Assembly: GCA_016708125.1 (NCBI GenBank) | Contig: JADJGF010000001.1 | Span: forward strand, 3,465,902 to 3,529,901 | Source: Ignavibacteriota bacterium | GTDB lineage: Bacteria; Bacteroidota; Ignavibacteria; Ignavibacteriales; Melioribacteraceae | DNA length: 64,000 nt | Direction: 5' to 3' | Shown here: in pieces, positions 8,344 through 16,713 of the stretch | Numbering within the stretch: position 1 is the first letter of the stretch | Layout of the letters: every line of letters starts with the position of its first letter | Made by a program: the position numbers and the translations under genes | The notes under the pieces: generated by a model | What the model was told of the DNA's origin: nothing | What the model saw: only the letters and a program-made list of their open reading frames with translations | Database searches by the model: none

Positions 8344-8814
8344 ATGAAAGAAGGATTAATTGAACAACTTAAAACTCAAGAAACATTTTTTATGAACACA
8401 ATAAGCTGTTTAACTGAAGCAGACTCCAGTTTTAAACCAAAAGAAGAAATGTACACCGTTGCTCAGCATATTGGTCATGCCGCAGAAACAATTGATTGGT
8501 TTTTGGAAGGTGCATTTGGTGAAAAAGGATTTAATATGAGCTTTGATGGTTATGAAGAAAGAATGAAAAAATATATTTCGTTTGAAAAATGTATTCAGCA
8601 GTTAAAAGATGCTACAGCTAATGGAATCGAAAAAATAAAATTAGCTCCGGAGACAGAATTAATGGCTCCGATTACAGCAGCGATAATGACCGGTGCACCT
8701 AAAATGGCTGTTGTTGGCGCAATTGGGGATCACACTGCACACCACAGAGGAGCATTGGCAGTTTATGCAAGATTATTAGGCAAAAAACCTCAAATGCCTT
8801 ATGGAGAGATGTAA
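8344..8814 (+). CDS. DinB-family (DinB_2-like) four-helix-bundle protein
   Basis: His triad pattern HIGHAAETIDW ... DHTAHHRGAL; ~156 aa. Confidence 0.75.
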   Translation: MKEGLIEQLKTQETFFMNTISCLTEADSSFKPKEEMYTVAQHIGHAAETIDWFLEGAFGEKGFNMSFDGYEERMKKYISFEKCIQQLKDATANGIEKIKLAPETELMAPITAAIMTGAPKMAVVGAIGDHTAHHRGALAVYARLLGKKPQMPYGEM

Positions 8815-8878
8815 TATTTTTATCTGGGTTAATCATAACATTCTGTGTCATCTGTGTTTTATACAGTAAATTTACTTT

Positions 8879-9053
8879 ATGCAAACTCCAAAACTCTATG
8901 TTGGTACAGCCGGCTGGTCTTATAAAGATTGGGTTCCAAATTTTTATCCTTTCGATCAATCAAAAGATATTAGCTGGCTTACTTATTATTCGCGTTACTT
9001 TAATATGGTGGAAGTTAACTCAACATACTACACATATTTGGCACTGGAAATTT
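8879..9053 (+). pseudogene. DUF72 (YecE-like) gene, 5' fragment truncated by IS insertion
   Basis: MQTPKLYVGTAGWSYKDWVPNFYP...YFNMVEVNSTYY matches the DUF72 N-terminus. Similarity stops after ~55 aa, where IS3-like end sequence begins. The remainder is not found downstream. Confidence 0.7.
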
Positions 9054-9080
9054 TGACATGCTTCCCCAAAAGAGATCCAG

Positions 9081-9452
9081 TTGGTCAAAAGGAGAAAAAA
9101 TATGGGAAAGGTTAAATTTACAACAGAACAAATCATAAACAAACTGCGAGAAGCAGAAGTAATGCATACGGAAGGAAAGAGTATAGATCTGATATGCAAA
9201 CAATTAGGAATATATGAACAGACATATTACAGATGGCGGAAAGAATATGGAAGCATACGAATAGATTAAGCAAAAAAATGAAAGTATTGGAACAAGAGAA
9301 TTTAAGATTAAAGAAGATTCGGGGAACTCATAGGGAGATTAAAACCGGAAGATGAAGAATTAAGACGATTAAGAAGAGAGTTGACAGACGTAAAAGAGGA
9401 GCGGGACATATTAAAAAAAGTTGTAGGCATCTTCTCAAAACGCGAGTCATGA
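9081..9452 (+). pseudogene. IS3-family orfA (HTH transposase subunit), interrupted
   Basis: ...YRWRKEYGSIRID ends at in-frame TAA 9267-9269. The expected continuation (KMKVLEQENLRLKK, then LKPEDEELRRLRRELTDVKEERDILKKVVGIFSKRES) is split over two frames. Confidence 0.65.
9413..9420 (+). promoter_or_regulatory. A7G slippery motif (IS3-type -1 programmed frameshift site)
   Basis: ttAAAAAAAGtt near the end of orfA, ~30 nt before the orfB ATG, as in IS3-family OrfAB fusions. Confidence 0.5.
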
Positions 9453-10324
9453 AATATAAATTTATTATGGAAAACAGAAAAGAATACAGACTTGGGAAGA
9501 TGTGTAAAGTATTAAATGTATCAAGGAGTGGGTATCATAATTATGTAAAACGAAGGTTGGGTCGACGGGAAAAAGAAGATAGTGTCTTGCTCATGGAGAT
9601 AAAAGAGATCCACAGAAATTCTCGAGGATTGTATGGAAGTCCGAGAATATATCAAGATCTGCGAAGACGAGGGCTAAAAATCAATAAAAAAAGAGTAGTA
9701 AGAATAATGCAAACAAACGGAATAAGAGCCAAAACAAAGAAAAAGTATAAAGTAACAACAAATTCGAATCACAGTTACCCGGTAGCGAAAAATTTAATTG
9801 GACAAGATTTCCGAACCACTGGATCAAACAAGATTTGGGTTTCAGATATAACATACATATGGACTAAAGAAGGATGGTTATATTTGGCATGTATACTTGA
9901 TTTATTTTCACGAATGATAGTCGGCTGGCATATAGATCAAAGACAGAACAGTTTATTAGTAACAACGGCAATTAGAAATGCATTAGTGCAAAGAGGAAAA
10001 AATCCCGGAATAATATTTCATTGGGAACAAGGAAGTCAATATGCATCAAAAGAGGTAAGGGATTTACTGGCTGCCAATGGAATAATTCAGTCAATGAGTA
10101 GAAAAGGAAATTGTTATGATAATGCTGTAATGGAAAGTTTTTTTCATACATTAAAAACAGAGTTGATTGGTTTTGAGAACTTTCAAACCAGAGAAGAAGC
10201 AAAAATGAAAATATTTGATTATATAGAAATATATTACAACAGGCAGAGAATTCATTCTTCAATTGATTATTTTACTCCTGTTGAATATGATAATAACTTA
10301 AATTCTAAATTAGTGGTAGTGTAA
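9449..10324 (+). CDS. IS3-family orfB (rve/DDE integrase core), probably inactive
   Basis: WVSDITYI (first D), GNCYDNAVMESFFHTLKTE (E). The expected HSDRGSQY box reads HWEQGSQY. The last codons and the stop are supplied by the IS256 end. Confidence 0.8.
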   Translation: MKYKFIMENRKEYRLGKMCKVLNVSRSGYHNYVKRRLGRREKEDSVLLMEIKEIHRNSRGLYGSPRIYQDLRRRGLKINKKRVVRIMQTNGIRAKTKKKYKVTTNSNHSYPVAKNLIGQDFRTTGSNKIWVSDITYIWTKEGWLYLACILDLFSRMIVGWHIDQRQNSLLVTTAIRNALVQRGKNPGIIFHWEQGSQYASKEVRDLLAANGIIQSMSRKGNCYDNAVMESFFHTLKTELIGFENFQTREEAKMKIFDYIEIYYNRQRIHSSIDYFTPVEYDNNLNSKLVVV

Positions 10325-10678
10325 AAAGTTTTGTGTAAATGGTTAATAAAGAGGTTTAATTAAATGCTGTGAAGCGTAGCGGAACAGCATTTAATTATGC
10401 AAAAAAATCACTAACTTATTAACCAAATCCGAAAGGAGATTACACAATGGAGCTCACCGAAAAAATGATCGAGCAACTAAAAGCCGATCTTACCAAAGCA
10501 AAAACATACGATGATTTAATGGGTAAAGACGGAGCTATTAAAAAACTATTAGCTGGAACTTTAGAACAAATGTTAGAAAGTGAACTAACCGAACACTTAG
10601 GATATGAAAATATTCACCAGTTGGCAAAAACAATGGTAATTATAGAAATGGGAAAACACATAAATCACTCAAGAATGA

Positions 10679-10694
10679 TCCGTTAGCTAACGGA
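10679..10694. repeat. Perfect 16-bp palindrome TCCGTTAGCTAACGGA (copy 1) inside the IS256 transposase
   Basis: Read directly. Contains TAG and TAA. Removing it gives aag aat gac ggt gaa att = KNDGEI in frame. Confidence 0.95.
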
Positions 10695-11614
10695 CGGTGA
10701 AATTGAGATTTCTGTCCCCAGAGACCGCAATGGTGAATTTGATCCAATAATTGTAAAAAGTATGAAAAAACAATTGGGCCAATAGAGAATAAAATCATAT
10801 CCATGTATGCAAAAGGAATGACAACTCGAGACATACAAACACATATTACAGAACTTTACGGAATAGATATTAGCCCTACTTTAGTTTCGAATATTACAGA
10901 TAAAATAGTTGTACTTGCCGAACAATGGCAAAATAGAATTCTTGAGAAAATATATCCTATAGTTTTCTTCGACGCTATCCATTACAAAGTAAGAGATGAA
11001 TCAAAGAAAGTAGTATCAAAGGCTGCATATACCTGTTTAGCGGTTGATATAGAAGGACACAAAGATCTACTTGGATTATGGGTCGGTGAAGCAGAAGGAT
11101 CAAACTTCTGGCTTAATGTTTTAACAGAACTAAAGAATCGAGGTGTTGAAGATATTTTCATTGCATCAATTGATGGATTGAAAGGATTCCCCGAAGCAAT
11201 AAATTCTGTTTTCCCAAAAGCTGAAATCCAGCTTTGTGTTATTCACCAAATTAGAAATACCCTAAAATATGTTGCTTCAAAAGACCAAAAGAAATTTATG
11301 AATCAACTAAAAGAAGTTTATAAAGCTCCAACTGAAGAAGCTGCTTTATTAAATCTTGACTCTTTGGAAGAAAACTGGACAAATAAATATTCTCTTGCTA
11401 TCAGATCTTGGAGAAATAATTGGAATAATCTTGCTACATTTTTCAAATATCCCCAAGAAATTAGAACGGTCATTTATACCACGAATGCAGTGGAATCTGT
11501 GCATCGTCAATTTAGAAAAGTAACTAAAAACAGAGCTCTTTTCCCAAACGATGATGCTCTTAAAAAAATGTTATATTTGGCTTACAGAGATTTATCTAAA
11601 AAATGGACGATGCC

Positions 11615-11630
11615 TCCGTTAGCTAACGGA
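11615..11630. repeat. Perfect 16-bp palindrome TCCGTTAGCTAACGGA (copy 2) inside the IS256 transposase
   Basis: Read directly. Removing it gives tgg acg atg cct cat aat tgg = WTMPHNW in frame with the conserved C-terminus. Confidence 0.95.
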
Positions 11631-11775
11631 TCATAATTGGGCGCTTATTCTTTCTAATTTTTCTGTTTATTTTAAGGATAGATTTCAGGAATTTTAATCA
11701 TGATAAATCCCATTTACACAAATTATTTTACAGACTCAATTAATTCGGAGTTTTTTATTTCTACAATATTAAAAA

Positions 11776-12405
11776 TTATTTCTTCTCAGTTTCTCCTGGC
11801 ATTTTTCTGCGTTCATGAACTTTATCGATAATTTTATAATCAACCGCTTCAGAAGCTGACATATAATAATCTCTATCGCAATCTTTCATTATTTGGTCCG
11901 TTGTTTTGCCGGTATGATTTGCAAGAATTTTATAAAGTTTATCTCTTGTTTTAATCATTTCTTTAGCGTGAATTTCAATATCTGTAGTTTGACCTTGTAA
12001 ACCTCCAATCCACGGTTGATGAATCATAATTTTTGAATGAGGAAGTGCAAATCTTTTATTTGCTGCTCCTCCGGAAAGTAAAACAGCTCCCATACTTGCT
12101 GCCATTCCAACACAATTCGTTGAAACATCCGGTTTAATAAATTGCATTGTATCATAAATTGCTAAGCCGGCAGAAACACTTCCGCCCGGAGAATTTATAT
12201 ATAAATTTATATCTTTTTCGTGATCTTCAGCCTCAAGAAAAAGTAACTGAGCGATAACAACACTTGCAATATGATCGTCAATTGCTTCGCCTAAGAAAAT
12301 TATTCTTTCGCGCAATAAACGAGAAAAAATATCCATTCCGCGTTCACCACGACCTGATTGCTCAATAACATAAGGAATTAAAGTATTATAAATTTTATCT
12401 GACAT
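11776..12405 (-). CDS. clpP: ATP-dependent Clp protease proteolytic subunit
   Basis: [38 protein letters not shown] (Ser), HQP (His); ~209 aa. Confidence 0.95.
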   Translation of the reverse strand: MSDKIYNTLIPYVIEQSGRGERGMDIFSRLLRERIIFLGEAIDDHIASVVIAQLLFLEAEDHEKDINLYINSPGGSVSAGLAIYDTMQFIKPDVSTNCVGMAASMGAVLLSGGAANKRFALPHSKIMIHQPWIGGLQGQTTDIEIHAKEMIKTRDKLYKILANHTGKTTDQIMKDCDRDYYMSASEAVDYKIIDKVHERRKMPGETEKK

Positions 12406-12456
12406 TTGATTTCCTAAATTTTAGTTTAGCAATATTTCAGAAATTAGTTATGAAAA

Positions 12457-13800
12457 TTATTTCTTATCTTCGTCTGGATTTTCTTTTTCTTTAGTTTTTG
12501 TTTCTTTCTTGCTCTTTGCTTCTTTTGCTTTAGTTTCCGGATCAACTTCTTTTGCTTTGTTATTTTCTCTTATAAACTTAAGAATTTTTTCTTCAACTAA
12601 AGATTCACTTCTGTTAGAGTCTTTATAATATTTCAATAATTTTTCTACCGGTATATTTATTTTCTCTGATTCTTCTTTTGCCAATTCTTCTAATTCGGCA
12701 TCTGTAACTTCAATTTTTTCTTTTTCGGCAATATTTTCTAAAATAATTTGCCACTTGGCATTCCATTCTGCTCTTGGTTGCAAATTCGTTTTTAATGTTT
12801 GATCATTTGGAATTGGTGATTTATATTGTTTTGCATTTTGTTTCTCAGTTTCCACCAATCTATTTAGAATTGTTTCAACATAATTTTTTGAAGGTTCAAA
12901 ATCATTATTTTTCACAATTTGATCAAGTAAAGTATTTTCATAAATTCTTTCAGATTGATCTTTGTAATAATTTTCATAATTCGATTTTGTAAAAGCTTTC
13001 AATTCATCTAAAGTTTTTGCATTCTTACCGGATAATTCTTCAATTAGTGTTTCAGTAATTTCCGGAGCAACTAATTTTTCAATCTTTTTTATTACGGCTG
13101 TATAGTTAAATTCTTCAATATGCTTATGGTCGCCGTGCATATGTTCATCAACAAAAGAAAAACTAAATTCTTCACCGGCTTTTTTATTTTGTGCGTTTTT
13201 TGAAATATTCTCATTAACTTTTTTATCACTTAAATCAATTACAATATTTGCACTTTTGTTTCCTTCTATATCTTTTCCTTCAGAATCAACTCTTTGTAAA
13301 TCAACTGTAATTTTATAATTGTTATCTGTAATTTCTTCGGCTAATTCATAAGTTGCTTTAGATTTTAATAAATTAGTTACTTCTGCTTCAATATCTTCAT
13401 CACGAACTTTAAATATTGGTTTTTCAATTTCTAATCCGGTATAATTTTTAAGATCCAAAGTTGGTTTAACTTCGTATTTAACTTTGAAATTAAGATACTC
13501 ATTCATCTCAAAATTTAACGATGTCATTTGAGGCATACTTAGCGGTTTTAGATTTTGATCTTTTACAATATCCCAGAATTTTTTGTTGGCAATTTCTTCA
13601 CTGGCTTTGTATTCTATTGCATCGCCGTAAACTTTTTTTAGCATTGAAAGTGGAACTTTACCTTTTCTAAAACCGGGCATTACAATACTTTTTCGTTCTT
13701 TGTTATAAGCTTCTTCCAACTCAACTTTAATTTCTGAATAATTTAAATTTACTTCAAGCTCATGCTCAGTATTGTTTAAAACATTAACTTTTGCTTCCAA
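12457..13800 (-). CDS. tig: Trigger factor
   Basis: N-terminal ribosome-binding signature PGFRKGKVP, central FKBP-like region, K/E-rich tail, position upstream of clpP. The TTG start at 13800 is chosen because the longer track ORF runs into the tRNA gene. Confidence 0.85.
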   Translation of the reverse strand: MEAKVNVLNNTEHELEVNLNYSEIKVELEEAYNKERKSIVMPGFRKGKVPLSMLKKVYGDAIEYKASEEIANKKFWDIVKDQNLKPLSMPQMTSLNFEMNEYLNFKVKYEVKPTLDLKNYTGLEIEKPIFKVRDEDIEAEVTNLLKSKATYELAEEITDNNYKITVDLQRVDSEGKDIEGNKSANIVIDLSDKKVNENISKNAQNKKAGEEFSFSFVDEHMHGDHKHIEEFNYTAVIKKIEKLVAPEITETLIEELSGKNAKTLDELKAFTKSNYENYYKDQSERIYENTLLDQIVKNNDFEPSKNYVETILNRLVETEKQNAKQYKSPIPNDQTLKTNLQPRAEWNAKWQIILENIAEKEKIEVTDAELEELAKEESEKINIPVEKLLKYYKDSNRSESLVEEKILKFIRENNKAKEVDPETKAKEAKSKKETKTKEKENPDEDKK

Positions 13801-13837
13801 AAAATACCTCAAATAATTGTTTAAAAAGGAGGAAAAT

Positions 13838-13922
13838 TGGTACGAGAGGGGGGACTCGAACCCCCACACCGTGAGATACTAGATCCTAAGTCTAGCGCGT
13901 CTGCCAATTCCGCCACTCTCGC
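13838..13922 (-). tRNA. tRNA-Leu (anticodon TAG)
   Basis: 85-nt cloverleaf read by hand: acceptor GCGAGAG/CTCTCGT, anticodon stem CTAGA/TCTAG with loop CTTAGGA, long variable arm, T arm GGGGG-TTCGAGT-CCCCC, encoded CCA. Confidence 0.9.
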
Positions 13923-14147
13923 AAAAAATAAAGCGTAAATTTACAGTAATTTTAAGTGATTTACAAATCTAATACATATTAAATAGATTTAGTATTTAAC
14001 TAAATTCTTTAGTTTTTATTGCGAATATTAAAGTATAAATAAAATTTTATTGCAATAAAAAATTTCTTCTATTATTTAATAGAGACAATAAAAACAAGTG
14101 TTATACGTCCCTTGTTAAAATTTATTTGGAAAATTTAAAATAAAAAT

Positions 14148-14738
14148 ATGTTTGAATTAGCCCCCAATCCATATTCAGACCCAATCAAGAAATTCCATTC
14201 TGAATTGAAAGGAATTCAATGGAAACCACCTTTTATACTTCAAACAATTCAAGCAATTATAAGTTCAATAATTTTAGTTGTATTATCATTATTTTATATT
14301 ACAGTTGGAGTTGTTGCGCAAATAAGTACTACTTTTTGGGATTTAATCTTAGGATTAGGCGAAAAAATGAGTTTTTCGCAGCCAATTGAAAGTACTGCTT
14401 ATGCAATTGCTTTGGCCTTATATTTCATTTTATTTTTGCCTTTTTTCATACTTCAATCTCCAATTTGGATGTGCGGTTGGTTAGCAACTAAAATTGGATT
14501 AAAACCATTTATTGCAATTGTTTTTATTTTTACAGTTGCAACAACAATATATTTTTACACACCGGAAACAGCCACTCAATCTTATGCAAAAATTATTGAG
14601 TTTCAAGATTCAATTAGAAAAGAATATTTTGCTCAAGATTCGGTTAATGTTATAGCAACCGAGGAAATTGCAGAAGAACCGGAAGAACTTCCTAAAAAAA
14701 TAAGTAAGAAAAAACTTAATTCAAGAAAAAGAAAATAG
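14148..14738 (+). CDS. Hypothetical integral membrane protein with basic C-terminal tail
   Basis: Several hydrophobic helices. No recognisable motif. Confidence 0.5.
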   Translation: MFELAPNPYSDPIKKFHSELKGIQWKPPFILQTIQAIISSIILVVLSLFYITVGVVAQISTTFWDLILGLGEKMSFSQPIESTAYAIALALYFILFLPFFILQSPIWMCGWLATKIGLKPFIAIVFIFTVATTIYFYTPETATQSYAKIIEFQDSIRKEYFAQDSVNVIATEEIAEEPEELPKKISKKKLNSRKRK

Positions 14739-14876
14739 TTTACAATTATAAACTATTTGCCATTGTTAGTAATTCAAAATCGAATTATATTACGATATAA
14801 GTTTTGTTATTTTAAAATGTGCGGTTAGCAAAAATTATTCTTTAGAATAAATTCATTTCCTAATTTGGAGGTGGTT

Positions 14877-15332
14877 ATGCGCATTGAAACTACTCGAGAT
14901 ATTTTAGATCATTCCAAAAAATTTCATCAAATAATTGCCGATTATTACAGAAAACTAAACCAAAGTGAAGATAAGGAAAGAGTAAAACTTTTATTAAATT
15001 ATCTTGAAGAAAGAGAAACTCAAATTGAAAAAACGATTTCAGAATTGGAAAACTCGGCATCGTCAAACATACTTAATTCATGGTTTCCGCATAGTCAGTG
15101 TAAAACAAAGCTAGAGGTTTTATCAACTTTGGTGAGCGAAGAAAAAATTTCTGTTGATGAATTAATTGACCTTTTTGTTTATTTAGATAACTGCTTGATC
15201 GAATTATATACCAAACTTGTTGATAATGCAGAAAATGTGGATGTTCAAGAATTCTTTAAAAGTTTAAGTAAATTAGAAGAAAATCACAAAATAAAATCTT
15301 TAAAAAGTGCTTCTCAATTTGAAGATATATAG
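14877..15332 (+). CDS. Hypothetical helical protein
   Basis: GGAGGTG RBS 5 nt before ATG 14877 (the track start at 14865 is a TTG within the RBS). No recognised motif. Confidence 0.5.
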   Translation: MRIETTRDILDHSKKFHQIIADYYRKLNQSEDKERVKLLLNYLEERETQIEKTISELENSASSNILNSWFPHSQCKTKLEVLSTLVSEEKISVDELIDLFVYLDNCLIELYTKLVDNAENVDVQEFFKSLSKLEENHKIKSLKSASQFEDI

Positions 15333-15424
15333 ATTTCAAAATTTACAATACTAAAAGTAATTTATTTTCTATTTTGTATAGAACTTCTATATTTAGCACA
15401 TCAAAATAAATATTAAGGTTATTC

Positions 15425-16690
15425 ATGGATAAGTTTGTAATTCAAGGCGGAAATCCATTAAAAGGATCGGTTGAAGTTAGCGGAGCAAAAAATTCAGCTT
15501 TAGCTTTAATGCCTGCTGTTTTATTAAACAATGGCGTAAATAAGATTACAAATGTTCCGGAAGTGAATGATATTTTCACAATGTCAAAACTCCTAAACCA
15601 ACTAGGAGTAAAATCAGAATTTAATAATCAAGAATTAATATTAGATTCTAAGAATATAATTTCTCAAACTGCACCATACGAACATGTCAAAAAAATGCGT
15701 GCATCAGTATATGTTTTAGGTCCGCTTTTAGCAAAATACGGATACGCTAAAGTTTCTTTACCTGGAGGCTGTGCTTGGGGTCCAAGACCAATTAATTTAC
15801 ATTTAGAAGCCATGAAAAAGTTAGGAGCCGAAATTGAATTAGATGAAGGTTATATTATTGCAAAAACAAAAAAACTTATTGGAGCAAGATTGAATTTTGA
15901 TATTTCCTCAGTGGGAGCAACCGGAAATGCTCTTATGGCAGCGGTTTTAGCGCAAGGGGAGACGATAATTACAAATGCTGCTGCAGAACCGGAAATAACT
16001 CAATTAGCACAATTTCTTGTTTCAATGGGCGCAAGAATAGAAGGAATTGGTTCTAATATTTTGGAGATTGAAGGAGTTAATAGTCTTTCTCCGGCAAATG
16101 TTTATAATATTCCAGATAGAATTGAAGCCGGAACTTTGTTAATTGCCGCTGCGATGACGAAAGGAAAAATTGAACTTACAAATTCCAACTCAAAACATCT
16201 TAATTTAGTTATACAAAAACTTGAAGATTCCGGTGTTAAATTATCTTATAATAATAATTTAATGACTTTAGATGCAAGTAATATTGAAACAAAAAGTATT
16301 GATGTTACGACCGGAGTTTATCCCGGATTTCCAACAGATATGCAAGCTCAGTGGACTTCTTATATGGCCATTGTAAATGGTTCTTGCAAAATTACAGATA
16401 CAATTTATTTGGATAGATTCAAACATATTCCTGAACTTAACAGATTAGGTGCAGATATTGAAATTTTAGGAAACAGCGCAATTGTTAATGGTGTGAAAAA
16501 ATTAAAAGGTGCAACTGTAATGTCGACTGATTTAAGAGCGAGTGCTTCGTTAGTTTTAGCCGGATTAGTAGCTGAAGGAACAACTGAAGTTTTAAGAATT
16601 TACCATTTGGATCGCGGTTATCAAAGAATTGAAGAAAAGTTAAAAAAACTGGGAGCACAAATAGAAAGAGTTAAAACTAAAGAATTTTAA
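15425..16690 (+). CDS. murA: UDP-N-acetylglucosamine 1-carboxyvinyltransferase
   Basis: MDKFVIQGGNPLKGSVEVSGAKNSAL, active-site Cys in LPGGCAWGPRPINLH, FPTDMQAQ, RIYHLDRGY. Confidence 0.95.
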   Translation: MDKFVIQGGNPLKGSVEVSGAKNSALALMPAVLLNNGVNKITNVPEVNDIFTMSKLLNQLGVKSEFNNQELILDSKNIISQTAPYEHVKKMRASVYVLGPLLAKYGYAKVSLPGGCAWGPRPINLHLEAMKKLGAEIELDEGYIIAKTKKLIGARLNFDISSVGATGNALMAAVLAQGETIITNAAAEPEITQLAQFLVSMGARIEGIGSNILEIEGVNSLSPANVYNIPDRIEAGTLLIAAAMTKGKIELTNSNSKHLNLVIQKLEDSGVKLSYNNNLMTLDASNIETKSIDVTTGVYPGFPTDMQAQWTSYMAIVNGSCKITDTIYLDRFKHIPELNRLGADIEILGNSAIVNGVKKLKGATVMSTDLRASASLVLAGLVAEGTTEVLRIYHLDRGYQRIEEKLKKLGAQIERVKTKEF

Positions 16691-16713
16691 CAATGAATAT
16701 TTCTGATAAATAG

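Larger units (their letters stand above)
9054..10315 (+). mobile_element. IS3-family insertion sequence, decayed and truncated at its right end by IS256
   Basis: Left end TGACATGCTTCCCCAAAAGAG...GTTGGTC resembles IS150-type IRL. orfA/orfB layout with an A7G slippery run. No matching right IR. Boundaries are approximate. Confidence 0.7.
10447..11697 (+). pseudogene. IS256-family (mutator-type) transposase with four lesions
   Basis: Conserved blocks ELTEHLGYE / KYSPVGKNNGNYRNGKTHKSLKND / GEIEISVPRDRNGEFDPIIVKK / YEKTIGPIENKIISMYAKGMTTRDIQ ... WTMP / NWALILSNFSVYFKDRFQEF lie in different frames. There are two single-A losses in A-runs and two 16-bp palindrome insertions. Confidence 0.85.
10316..11735 (+). 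mobile_element. IS256-family insertion sequence (defective copy)
   Basis: Imperfect terminal inverted repeats GTAGTGTAAAAAGTTTTGTGTAAATGG (left) and CCATTTACACAAATTATTTTACAGAC (right). ~1.4 kb with a single mutator-type transposase frame. Confidence 0.8.

Noticed and set aside
10600-10790. Frameshifts in the IS256 and IS3 genes as homopolymer sequencing errors
   Set aside because: Dozens of other genes with long A-runs in this window are intact. The same elements also carry a nonsense codon, 16-bp insertions and a missing end, so real pseudogenisation is more likely. Read-level checking is still advisable.
11731-11760. Hairpin plus T-run (GACTC...GGAGTTTTTTATTT) as the clpP terminator
   Set aside because: The T-run follows the stem on the + strand, so it cannot terminate minus-strand clpP. 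The stem is only 4-5 bp. It may be a relic terminator of the lost DUF72 gene, but it is too weak to call.
12457-13869. Long version of the trigger factor ORF (470 aa)
   Set aside because: Its first ~23 codons overlap the tRNA-Leu gene and translate to a non-trigger-factor sequence. The TTG at 13800 gives the expected N-terminus (EAKVNVLNNTEHELEVNL).
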